A stretch of DNA of 59,871 bases, filler included, from Catajapyx aquilonaris (lineage: Eukaryota), in NCBI GenBank assembly GCA_000934665.2. It is 3 parts of 3 records of this genome, joined end to end, with 100 filler letters (N's around TTAATTAATTAA, not from the genome) between each part and the next. Parts side by side here need not be neighbours in the genome. Positions count along the whole stretch, not along the records: positions 1 to 19,881 come from JYFJ02006370.1; 2 more parts are not named here. One strand, given 5' to 3'. Positions 1-11,699 of this stretch are shown in pieces. Under the pieces are notes generated by a model. The model saw nothing but the letters and a program-made list of their open reading frames with translations. It did not search any database and had not been told where the DNA came from. A program made the position numbers and the translations under genes. Position 1 is the first letter of the stretch, and each line of letters opens with the position of its first letter.

Positions 1-229
1 CGTAATACGACACTGAAATAATAATGCACTTGTTTATGTGAATTGTGAAGAGATTGTGAAGTATGTATTGTGGGGCAAGTTGATTAAGTGTTTGAAGTGT
101 CCATATTTAAATTGAAACCATTCCATTGTGAATATTCGAATTTTACATATAGACTAATTTAATTGTCACATACGTACTTTTCATTTGCAGCATAATGGAA
201 GTTTACTGTCATTTACTGCTGGAAATATT

Positions 230-1650
230 TTTCAGGCGTTTTGCGTGCTGGTAACTCTTCTCCTCCAACTCTCTCGGTGTTGTCGCTGCGCTTTTGCTTT
301 ACTATACTGTTCGTATAATATCTGTTGTTCAATATCATGATACACTTATGGGATGAGGCATCCTCGCACCATGCACATTGGCAATGTTACTGTTGCATTT
401 GGTTTTGTTTAATTATATTTCTTCAAGCTCTGGTCACTATTGTCAAATGCTGTGAAGGTTGAAGGGTCACAGAAGGTAAATTGTTTCTCTTGTAAATTTC
501 TATCACATACTGATATGAAATTTCGCAAACTTGAAGGCCTTGATATTAGGCATTTTTTCGTTATAGTTCCTGCAGGTTGTGGCGATGGTACGATCCAGCA
601 CTTCCTCCTCTTGTGGTGCAGAGACATCTTCATGAATTGTAGATATCAGCTACATGTCCAAACTGGACAAATTAATAATCTGGCTGAAAATTGTGCTTTG
701 TTAAGGAGCTCTAGGCAGTTGTTTTCTGTCATCGAAAATATCTGGAAGTCTTCTGCGTTAGTTAGAAGAAAAAGTAACTGCCAATGTACTTTCTTTTGTG
801 TCACAGCAACAATGTCATGCCATGAGTGCAGTGCAGGTCTGTCTGTATGGCCAAGTCACTATACACTGCATAGAATATATCCTAATTACTCGTGCAAATA
901 TTATCCAAATATTAACAAATTATGATTATGTTATCTAAAAATGGCATATGTAGCACAGTGGGAGCGTACGGTAGTCTACATAACTACATAATGTGAAATG
1001 ACTCTTTCCAGGTGACGTATACCGGTACTGTACATTTCAGGTCGCCAGTTAAAGGTTTCGACCTTGTTAAGAGGACGTTTCTGGTTGTTCATTGACCGCC
1101 ATTTGTGATTTATAATTTTAATTTTATTTGCCGAACCACTCTACGTACCTGACTGACAACCATTCCAGCATGTAAATGTCGTCGTAACTAATAAGTAATA
1201 ACTATTCCTTCTTATCTATTTGAGGCATGACGGTGCTCATGAGGCGTCGCAAGTAAGAGTGGTGCGGAATATGTTTATTCAGTATTGTGTTGTGATGAGG
1301 CGATTTCATTTGTCTTGTGCGAAACTGTCACAGCCACAGCACAGTAATTACGATATGTTGCACTTGATCACACGGCTTGATCCGGTTGTAAAGTTCTTCT
1401 TCATCTTCACCAATCTTGTGTCGCTCAAGTTGAATATTTCCTATTGCTAATATTACCTGCGAGTAACTCGGTGAATAATTAAGAATTTTTGCACCATGGT
1501 GAGCAGTAGAGGGAAACACCAGGTTGAAGTTCCTCTACATTTCCTTACAAATAACTTGAATCACCGCACTTTATGATCAGGTGCGGACACTTGCTTTCGC
1601 ATGCATTATTTGCTTGTCTACTCTACAGTGTTTAATTAGCCTCACACGTC
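230..1650 (-). mobile_element. Highly decayed non-LTR retrotransposon (RTE-like LINE) remnant
   Basis: The minus strand gives frameshifted fragments resembling an APE endonuclease N-terminus (SVRT...IQVICKEM*RNFNL; GEDEEELYNRIK) and, near 260-290, an RTE-like C-terminal motif (AQRQHRESWRRRV). Many stops. Boundaries are approximate. Confidence 0.4.
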
Positions 1651-2593
1651 TGAAAACTTCATTCCCATCAGGATCAAGTAAAATATGAAATTGTTTATGC
1701 ACATTCCTAAGAAAATAGTTCAAGACCTATCATGGCGAAAATAGTCAGGTAACTCGTCATCATGTCTTTTCCAAAGATTCTTCGTGATAGAGTTGTCTCA
1801 CAGTTTTATGACGCATGATGTCTCATGCTGGAATCACAGATATTGATGTCATGTGTAACCACAAGCTTAATACATTATTATAATAATTATTAATAGAATA
1901 TAATATGCCAGCCCTTGCCTTACGTAATCCTATGGCCCCTTATTTGCATCGTGTATCATGCAGTAAATAGTGTATACTTGAACATATTATTTTGGTGTCT
2001 GTAACCAGAGCTTCAGGTACCTCATCAAAATGTTCAGATAATATTTCTGATACATATTTGGGCTGCGATAGTTTTTCAGTATAAAGGCGGCGACATCTGC
2101 CCTCTTTATTACTTCACCATCTTTTTTGTTTCTCTTGGTAAAGAATGTAGCCTAATTATTATTAGCACAATCGCCCCACGGTCTTCAAGTGTAGGATATC
2201 ATGATGCAAAATTGAATGGTTCCAAGTTTATGAATGTTACAATAATAATATGCACAATTTCTGGTTACACAGATGATGCATGCGCGTTACTATATAGTCC
2301 AGATCAGGGAAATCTTTAATCATTTAGCCACGGAATAATTCATTCTGTATGTACCCTCTGTGTTTAATACCTAAGATAATGATAGGACATGACACTCCGG
2401 CAGAATTGCTGATTGAACTAGGTCGGACAAGGTCATGCAGTAACTGGAAGTCCATTACAGATAATGTGGTGGTGTTGACTTTTCCTGAAAGCTTTTGGGC
2501 TTATCTGTTCATCTCCATTATTCATTTACGATTCTTTCACACACACTCTTGCTGTTACTTGACGAATGGCGTTAATATACGTTTCAGACCAAA

Positions 2594-4817
2594 ATGCTGA
2601 GGTTGCTTCTACTTTCTGTAACGGTCCATGCAATCCGGACAGTTTCATTGGTAAGTTTCTATTTTGCATATCAATGGTAACTGTTTAACTATGACATTCC
2701 TGCCCGTCTATAGGGCACTGCTGAATTCGACAGAGAAGAAGCAGCTTTGTCTGAAGCTGTTCGACACATATTGGACAACTCCAAATGTTCCTTGGGGTTG
2801 GGCACGGATTATCCGAACCTGAGTCAACCAATCCAGAATATCCTAATTTGGCACCAGAATCGGTATCTGCCTCTGGTATTTCACACAACCGTACCGTACA
2901 CTTTAGACCACACTCATCATCCATGGGTATGGCGACCTGAACAACTGATGTCGTTTCGCACACAACCTCCTGAACTCAGATCCGAATTGTGGCCTGGAAG
3001 TGAATGCGGTTTCACATTAATACTGGCTAAGAACACTTCAACAGTTCCAGAGCTGATCATGAACACTGCAAGTTCGTTCATGATCCGTAACCTGTACGAT
3101 CCTATGTACATACACGTGCATGATCATCACTCACATCCTGAACAATTGCTGCTTCAGGATCCGCTTCTAGGAGTCACACTGAAGCTACTAACACAGTTCA
3201 ACCAGAGCACAAACAGGTATCGTTTCAGTATGTAATGTGTACAGTGTTGGATATGCGTCATTGTCTGCTGCGGCAGAAGTGCAAATCGAAGTGATAGAGC
3301 CGTGCGAGTCAGAAGAGGTAGGCCTTGAGTGACGTCACTGGCTGGAGAGCAATGGAGAAAAGGCTTGTCCTCCAGCCAGTGACGTCACGCAAGGGCTACC
3401 ATTTCTGACTCGTATTAAGGCGGCTACACACGTCTGCCGCATCGGCAAATGTCTCTAGCAGTACAGCACTCATTGCGATTTTGTTCGCAGGCTGACACTT
3501 CACAACGTATGTCACTTCTGCGAGTCAGGTCAAGACTCATTGAATCCGCCAATTTCCACAGACTTTTCGCATGTGAACATCTTTCCTAATCCTCCTCGCA
3601 ACATGAACGGAAAGCTGATGAACATCGGATTGTTTGAGAACATATATGAAGACATGGAGCAAGCCAGATTGCGAAGAGATATGGGTGAGCTTCTGACTGT
3701 TGAGGAAGAACTGTACCTATTTTATGAGAAGCTTTTGAACATCATGATCGTCAACAAAGTTCCGCCACTAGCTTTGTCTGAAGTACGATCAAACGGAAGC
3801 TTAGCTGGATTCTCAGAAGCGATATGGAATCGCGACATAGACGTCGTTGGGATCATAATGTACACAGACATTTCAGTTAAAACGACCATACTTAGTTTTC
3901 CTGTGCTGCATACATGCGCTGGATTTGCGTCCAGAACACATCGCCCTGATATCAAATGGTATGTCATATTCCAACCGTACACGATCGGTGTATGGATGGT
4001 CCTACTGGCTTCGTTGGTACTGTCGGCTCTTTCACTGAACGTACTGGAGAGATCAGGTGTGTTACACCATATGAAACGGGTTCTTCGCGAGTTGGTAGAA
4101 CAACCGTTGGATTCAAGTCGAGACAATGCGGTTATGTTATTCCGTGCCTGTTTCTTCACATTTGCACTTGTCATAATATGTGGATACAAGACCAAATTGG
4201 TGTCGTTCATCACATTCCCATCACCCGAACGACTTCCGATAAATTCCTCGGAGTTGATAACATCCAAATTCACATGGGGCACCATCGAGGCTTTTTTTAT
4301 TGGAGCAAAAATTCTGCTGGTTAACCTGAACGGAACTGTTTACAACACATTGCTGGACAAATCGCACTTGATAACCAGCGTGCGACAGTGTATTGCACGT
4401 ACACAGCGTGAGGACTTTGGTTGTGTGATAACAGACTACATGTACGATCGTGAGTCTGGGTATTTCCTAGACGAAAAGGGCAATGGGAGGACCATATTTT
4501 GGACTGAAAAGGCCATGTGTTTGTTCACAGGTCAGGGTTATTCTAGAGACACGACCAATTTCGTGAACATCAATAGGGATTTGCAGCATTTGGTTCAGGC
4601 CAGTGTGTTTGATCATATCATGTATGATGTGGATCACCGACATTTTATTCGCAATTACTTTATGATCAGGAGGAAATATGGGGACTTCAATTCGTCAGGT
4701 CGATTGTTGAACATGGAGAAGTTGGCCAACATATTTTATATGTGGATTGTAGGTGTGTTTGTGTCGTTTTTGAGGTTTGTGTACGAGAAGGTACAGTTCA
4801 CTTGCAAGAAATCCTAA
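2594..4817 (+). CDS. Divergent ionotropic receptor (IR, variant iGluR chemoreceptor), 3 exons: 2594-2650, 2714-3216, 3491-4817; ~628 aa
   Basis: Exon 1 encodes a signal peptide (MLRLLLLSVTVHAIRTVSL). GT/AG junctions are phase-consistent (0, 2). Motifs: VCHFC, FPNPPRNMNGK, S1 (NGSLAGFSEAIWNRDIDV), M1 (IFQPYTIGVW), M3 (GYKTKLVSFIT, the SYTANLAAF equivalent), final TM (LLNMEKLANIFYMW). Confidence 0.9.
3305..3411. repeat. Hairpin/MITE-like inverted repeat in IR intron 2
   Basis: cgagtcagaagaggtaggccttgagtgacgtcactggctggag pairs with ctccagccagtgacgtcacgcaagggctaccatttctgactcg; weaker pairing extends outward to ~3240/3470. Confidence 0.7.
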
Positions 4818-4840
4818 TTGAATCCTCTTAATGTCGCGGT

Positions 4841-5203
4841 CAGGGAGCATAATATACTATACATAAGAGGCGAAAACTTCGCCTTTGATGTCCGCGTCTC
4901 TCTGTTTGGGGCAGTTGCCAAGGCTGGCGGCCATTTTGAAGTGTGGGCAAATCCAACGAGGTATAAATAGGGTACAGGCAAAAATAGGGTCAGCCGTCTT
5001 TGATGGTTTTGGCGGCCATGGCAACTACACGCCAAGAACACGCGCGAATCAAAGATGGCGGACCCTATTTTTGCCTGTACCCTATTTATCCCTCGTTGGC
5101 GTTGCCCCCACATCAAAATGGCCGCCAGCCTTGGCAACACCCCCAAACAGAGAGTCGCGGAAATCGTATGTTTGCGCCTCTTATGTATAGTATATGCTCC
5201 CTG
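4841..5203. mobile_element. Palindromic (foldback) MITE with target-site duplication, 23 bp after the IR stop
   Basis: Arms of ~160 bp (CAGGGAGCAT...ATGCTCCCTG), flanked by a direct repeat TCGCGGT (4834-4840, 5204-5210), extendable to TGTCGCGGTCA depending on where the termini are placed. Confidence 0.9.
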
Positions 5204-6726
5204 TCGCGGTCATACATGAGAAATTCATGAAGTAATAGTACAGAAAATCCGGGCTTACTGGAATTAAGCGTCTTTCCTGCTGAAAGCTTTGCGGGCTAAT
5301 GCTTTGGCGAAATAAAGTACCGGGTGTGTATACAGTGTATGAAATAATCATGTAACTAAAATGCTTGGTCAATGCGCACTCAGGGGTTACGTAACGTGCG
5401 TATAGTTATATATCAGTTGTCGAAATGTTAATTTATAATTTGAAGTGTGGTGCAAATTTTTGAGTCACAGCAAGTCCTCGTGTTACATATAAGGTGATAT
5501 GCAACACATGATACGTAAATGTCGATTTATTCATTTTGGGTCAGATTAATCACCGAGTACAGGGAACTGTTCTTATCATCTTAAAATCTGATAGTCCCTT
5601 CTATAACCTCATGAGACCCCTGGTACAGTATAGGCTACTGTACCAGTCAAATTTCATAGTGTCCGGGGTGAGTCATCACTACCGGGTTTTGAGCTATTAC
5701 GGTAACATACGTAAAAGTCGATTGACTTAATTAATAGGCAGGTCAAGGATTTTTTTTAAAAACGCGTACGTAAATCCGAACCTACGTAAGTCCGAACCTA
5801 CGTAAGTCAGATCTTCACATCACACGTTGATCAGCGTAGCTAATATCCATCCGCCCCAATCTGCCAACAGTTATATAGCTGCTGTTGAGGGTCCAAAGCA
5901 GCGATTGTTATTTCCGGCCCTCCGTCTCCCAGCAACCCGTTCCAAATCGAACGCCGCCCGGGTTTCCCCTTCATTTTCGACGACTTATATTCGGCCATGG
6001 TTCGTTCTGTATTCCATTATTATACATATATAATATATATTTGACACGGGCCAGCTGAGCTGCGGCCTCGGGGGTGTTCCAGTTGGTGCCCTTAAAAATA
6101 CGACTGGTTTTTAGGCCGTAAGACCGGCAACATTCCGTCCGGCTAAAGTCACGGCATGTTGGCGAATGTAACGTCGATTTTTGCAGTTGCCAATTATTTT
6201 CGCACGTGAAATGTTGAGGGCTTAAGGAGTGGTAAAATGGAACACTTGACTTAAATATTGTAAGAACAAACACTTGCACGATGATTTGGGCATGTAAACA
6301 ACGGAAGGGGGTACTTATTGCATTACATTGTCCGCATTACACCTTGTTGCTGCATTTCTGATCACAAGGATAATTACCAATATATTAACCAATTTATAAA
6401 TAATTAACAAGCAATTAATGTATTAAAATAATTAAAATGAATTAGTAATTAAATTACTAAGCACCGAGGTGTTACTTTTTTGTAACAATGATGTTGCTGA
6501 TTGAACCAAATATGGAAATAAAAATAAATTAACAAGCAATTAATACATTAAAATGATTAAACCTATGAAATAATTAAATTTGTTAATCCTTTTACCTTTT
6601 TGTAGCAACAATAATTACTGATTTAAAGTACATAAATAGCTATATTAAAATAATTAAATTAAATATAATGATGATTATGATTATGACTTATTGCTTTTCT
6701 TTGCAGAGTAAATTTTAAGTGTTACG

Positions 6727-9700
6727 ATGTCACTGAAGTCCGAGTTAACTATAGACTCCAGCATGAGCATTACTGAGGAAGCGGGAGACGTGGATTTTCA
6801 GGTGAGAGGACAGCCTCGGCGTAATGTAATCGCAACTGGGAGGGGGCAACGCAGCTGCCGCAAATTTATGGCCAAAAATTTGTGTCGAGATAATAAGTCA
6901 GTGCTTGACAGATAATTAATGCTGTTGTACCGTTTGCTAAAATAATTGTTCACTCAGGTATGAACCTAATATTGGCCATAACTGATGCGCAAAGTCTAAT
7001 GTTGAAGGTGTAACTACAGCCGTTGACGTTTTGCAAGGAAATGCAGTTTTATTGGAGTGCACTATCCTTTGCAGTTTACTTGTAACTTTGAAATGAAAGT
7101 TCTTGCAAGTTGATTTTTTTTGGCCATAACATGCTTCCTGCTCATGTGCTGCTCTGTTTTCCGCCGCCTTTGCTGCCGCTAGCACTTGAATGCTTTGGGG
7201 CTGCGTGACGCAATAGCGAATGTGCGCCGGGAGAGACGCAGGGAGCGGGAAGAGCGGGAGTGGAAAATGGTAGTCCAGGATTTGCAGGGGGACGGTTCCA
7301 GCGACGAGGAGACCTGCGACCACCAGTATGAGGAAATGGAGTTTGGCGAAGTGGTTGAGGAGAGCGAGTGTGTCATTGAGGATGATGAAGGAACGGACAA
7401 GGAGAAAGGATCTGTCCCTGGTGAGGGGACAATATATGCATGTGTAAGACACAATCTAAGCAAATGTTTTTTTTCAGGCGAGAGCAACCCGGGTCATCTG
7501 CATGTGTCTATAGCGTCGGGCTCTACGGATTCTGCAGCATCGTCTGTATCGAGCCATGTGAATAAAACGCCAGGCAGCAGCACAACTGGAGGTCCAACAG
7601 GAGCCAAATCCCGAGTCGGTCCTGGTGGGAGAACAAGCTCCGTCCATTCTCAGTCTCCGTCACTCATCCGGAAGCAGTACAGGGAGAGGATCCTACAGCT
7701 GAACAGGCAGATAACAGTACGGAGACGCAATTGTTAAAACAAAATCGGGTCTGTAATGCTTCACTTTATTACAGTTCAGTGCTAGCACTCTGTCCCAGTT
7801 CTTCGAGACCCACGTGTTCAACGATGGCCTCCAGCCCCTTCCCCCGTCTTCACCCGAAGCTATATACAGGGCTAAAAGTGCCAGGGAATTTTGCGCCCGA
7901 TTGAACCGGGAATGCTTCGGTCAGGTGAAGCGGAATCTGCAGGAACTGAGGAAGCAGAAAGAGGAGGTGGTCAACTACGTACATTCCAACCGCGTTCACA
8001 ACCGGGCTCTGAGGACCGTGATGCGCTCCTCGGAGACCATACTTCAAGCTTTCAATGTGAGTCCTCACAGGTTGCAGGGAAGTTGGTCCTAAACTTTTCC
8101 TCCGTTGGGAAATTTTTTTAGGACTACCTGGATGAGGTGTCGCTGTTTACGGAGACAGGGATGCTCGACTGCCTCCGTGATTTGGTCCATCTCTCCAGGC
8201 GACTCTTGGGCCTTAGCACTGACCTCGGGGTGCCGTCTGCGGACCTCGAGACTGCCTTGGGGGAGCTAGCCTATGCCGGAAGAGAAGCACAGGTTAGAAG
8301 ATCAAGCAGAGGAAGGTTGCAGCATATTAATCTTTTACACTCCCGTTTCAGGTGAAGGAGTCGCACCACCGTCGCCATATGGAGCAGGTGGCCTGGACGG
8401 AGTATATCGAATCTTATGCTCACAGGTGGATGCCCCAACACATGGAGGAAGGGAAGAGAGGTGCCAGCTCCCACGCCGGTAACAGACCCGCCACCAAGAA
8501 CACTAGCGCCAACATAGACAGCTGGTCTGGCTCCATGTCATCCGCAAGCGAGTCAAGCAGGAGGCCACCTATCCAGGGCAGGAAAGAGAGCAGCACCAAT
8601 CGGAAGAGCTCAACCAGTTCCGATGATAAAACGAGTGCTGGTGAGTCATGTTTGCGTCACCTGCATTACCACAGTATGATTTTAAATCGAATTTGGCCCT
8701 AGGCGTTGACGGCTTATCAGCATCGGGCAGCACTTCAACAGGGAGCAAGACCAGCAAACCAGGTTGGTTCATGAAATCACGAATGGTATTGCTGTGTTTC
8801 AGAGTGTACGTACTCCACGGTCCTTACCTTTGATTGTTGTCGGCAATTCTTGTTAAAACCGAGGTTCTAAAATTTAACCAGGTTGGTGAAACCAGACCTA
8901 ATGGTAGTAAATTAATGGCCAAGCAGTACTTTTGAAAGCAGTAATCGGTGGGTAATGAGACAAACTTTTGACTGACATGCAATTTTCCAGTGAAGGAAGT
9001 GACCTTCGCTACGACTCCTGCCAGAGAGAAAAAGGTGGTCGTACAGCCACCTTCCAGCCTCAAGATAAGCTCCGCCAAGCTCAACGCAACTAAGCAGGCC
9101 GTTAAGACCAACCCGGCTAAGGCGGCGAAAGATGACGCAGGGGTTGGTCGTGGCATCAGAGGCAGGGTCAAGGTGACCACTGGGGCCGTGGCGGTGCAAG
9201 AGAGAGAAGACGACACCCACCGAGTTCTGTCCCTGCAAGAAAATACAGTTAGTATCCAGACGAGAGAATATTATGATTCGTGAATCAAATATTTAGTATG
9301 CGTTCCGCTTCCCCACCTTTCGGCAGAGCCAGGTGGAGGTTATTTCCGCTGCGAGTGATTCCGACCAGGCGGTGTTGGAAGCCAGGTGGAGGGCGGCGGT
9401 GGGGCTCTATTCGAAGGACGAGGAGGCGGAGAGGTCCAGGCTGAGGAAAGAGGCGGAGGAGGCGACGAGAGAGGTGCTTTGGGACCTGGTGGAGAACACG
9501 CTGAACTACATGGCCGACAAGCCCTCTGAGGACGGCCCGAGATTGGTCGGGGAAGAGGAAATCGATGAGCCGTACTCCTGGCCGGGGGACGAAGATGTGA
9601 TACAAACTGGTAAGCTCGTAAATAACTTGTGTTGTCACTCCTGGTTGTAACTATTGGTGTTTGCCTGTTACAGAAGAAGAAGTCCGATCGCAACGCTTGT

Positions 9701-11223
9701 CTGATTCCCTCCAGCAGCGCGTCCTCACCTTGCTGGAGGAGGTGCGAGAGGTGCGGCAACGAAGCTCTGCCCCTTCGGTAGCATGTAAGCAGCAGCCCAC
9801 GTCCTCTCTGCACTACATGGAGTCCCAGTCAGATCGTCAGTTTCTGAACCGCTGCGAGGCTGAAGAGCTGGCCATCCACGCCGAGAAGTTCCTGGCTGTT
9901 GCCCCCATGGTGGCGGAGATGAAGCGGCTGGCCAGGGCGATTCACCACGTGGAGGCGCATGAGGCCGCGGTGTGCGAAAAGGCTTCCAGGGAGTCCGTGA
10001 AGGAGAAGGAAAACATGCGGAAGCTGAGGCTGCTCCAGGCGCAGCTACCTCAAAGCGCGATGCAGCTGGGACTCACGACTGACCAAGTGGAGACCTTGCT
10101 GAAAAGGTTCGTACCACAGGCATCCAACATCCGGCGAAATAAAACATGTTTGCGCTTGCAGGCTGGAACAGATCGAGCAGGAGGAGAACGCGATATGCGA
10201 ACGCCTCCGCCGCACCCTGATGGAGGAGGACTACCGGAAAGGGATGGGAGCCAGCTCGGACAGCAAGGAGGACGAGATGGAGCTGGAGCCGGAGCAGAAG
10301 GGCAAGAAGAAGAAGAATAAGAAGAAGAAGTACAGCGGGAGCAAGAAGCACAATGTAGACGCTACCATGGGGAAGTCTGGGGTTTCCTCTTGCTTTCGGT
10401 TCCTCTGCTTTGGCAAGGAGGCCGCCATGGTTGACAAGGGGGTGAAGGGGAGAGGAGTAGGTGAGAGCGGACTGGACGGGGCTGGGGAGGCAGTTCTGGG
10501 AGAGGGAAGCGGGGACAATAGGTGGGCAATGCTTGCCAGGTGAGTTGCGCAAACTGATCGCTTCCGCATGACTAGTTTATTTCGTCTGTGCATGAAGAGC
10601 CGGTTGCATACACGCAAATTGGTTTGTTCATTCCGCGAATTTTATTGCTCTCTCGGTGGCCTTTTTGAGTGAAATTGTTTATTTTGCTTGTAATGCTATG
10701 TTACGATGGATTATTAGAAACCGATGTCTCGGCAACAATTGGGGCCAATTGTTGCGATTAAAAAATGCATTGGTCCACTTTGCCCTTTTTAAAGTCCAAG
10801 CTGCAAAAAAAAAAAATGAAGTTATTGCTCTTATCTATTCACAGGAATGTTTAAGCGGGCTATTCAATAACTTTAATAGACAGTTTATGATTATTATTGA
10901 TTTCACAGCACTGAAACCAAATTGAATTTTTAAAAAAATGCTATCAAGTACCATACATTGCATGTTTCCTTTTACTTTTTTTGGATTCCCTTTGCATGCT
11001 GCATATGATTGATTTAAGTGTGCGTTGTTGCTGCGAGAATCCGTCACCTTTTTACTTGTGACCTTGCAGAGTGAGCGATGCTATTGTTGAGGACATCATT
11101 GCCGACGTGGCCCTCTCCCTCTCTTCTGCGTTCATCCCCGAAGCTCTGTTTCTGAGGGAGTTCAAGGATCCTGGGACCATTCCGCCTCGCAGCAACGACG
11201 AGCCCATCCGCCTGCATCTCTGA
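6727..11223 (+). CDS. 12-exon coiled-coil protein (~952 aa), candidate Moonraker/KIAA0753-like centriolar protein. Exons: 6727-6801, 7183-7420, 7478-7716, 7775-8056, 8122-8292, 8352-8640, 8703-8762, 8991-9247, 9327-9609, 9674-10106, 10162-10539, 11070-11223
   Basis: All junctions are GT/AG, phase-consistent and give one open frame (2859 nt); exons are GC-rich. C-terminal motifs VETLLKRLEQIEQEENAICERL and RWAMLARVSDAIVEDIIADVALSL...EALFLREF resemble my recollection of the Moonraker C-terminus. The gene structure is well supported; the identity is tentative. Confidence 0.75.
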
Positions 11224-11337
11224 TGCCGTCTGCCTACAAAAAATACCTGTAAATATTTGGCAGTACCAAATTGTATGTGTTGAAAAATTTAGGATTCTGA
11301 GCTGAAGTATTTATTTATTTTTTTTACATTGGTGTGG

Positions 11338-11458
11338 AGATGGGTTCACACGGCATGGACTGGTGACAGTCTTCCCAGTCACATTTGGCTATCGGTTGTT
11401 GCTGATTGGTGACTGGAAGTCTTTCAAAGTGACCGTCACATGCAGTGTGAACCTGTCT
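11338..11458. mobile_element. Small MITE-like inverted repeat
   Basis: agatgggttcacacggcatg ... catgcagtgtgaacctgtct imperfect TIRs, with an internal ccagtcac/gtgactgg pair. Confidence 0.5.
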
Positions 11459-11699
11459 TGTCCTGCCGAGGTGGGCTGATGTCACTAGTCGTTACAGGTG
11501 AATCCCAGTGAACATCTGAAGGAATATTTATATGCACTCTGAGACGTTCAGACTTGTAAGTGCCTGTATTGCTTGTGATTACTTAAAAAACATGTGTTCA
11601 GAGCCAGATTCAACTACCACATGCCAGAGTATATTGACGTAATTTGATGCGGACCATATTTTTATACATTTAATATTATACGAAAGAAGAAATAAAGGT

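Noticed and set aside
3722..4324. Antisense and alternate-frame ORFs overlapping the IR, tubulin, NSD-like and GCLC exons
   Set aside because: They are shadow ORFs of real coding exons with no independent support.
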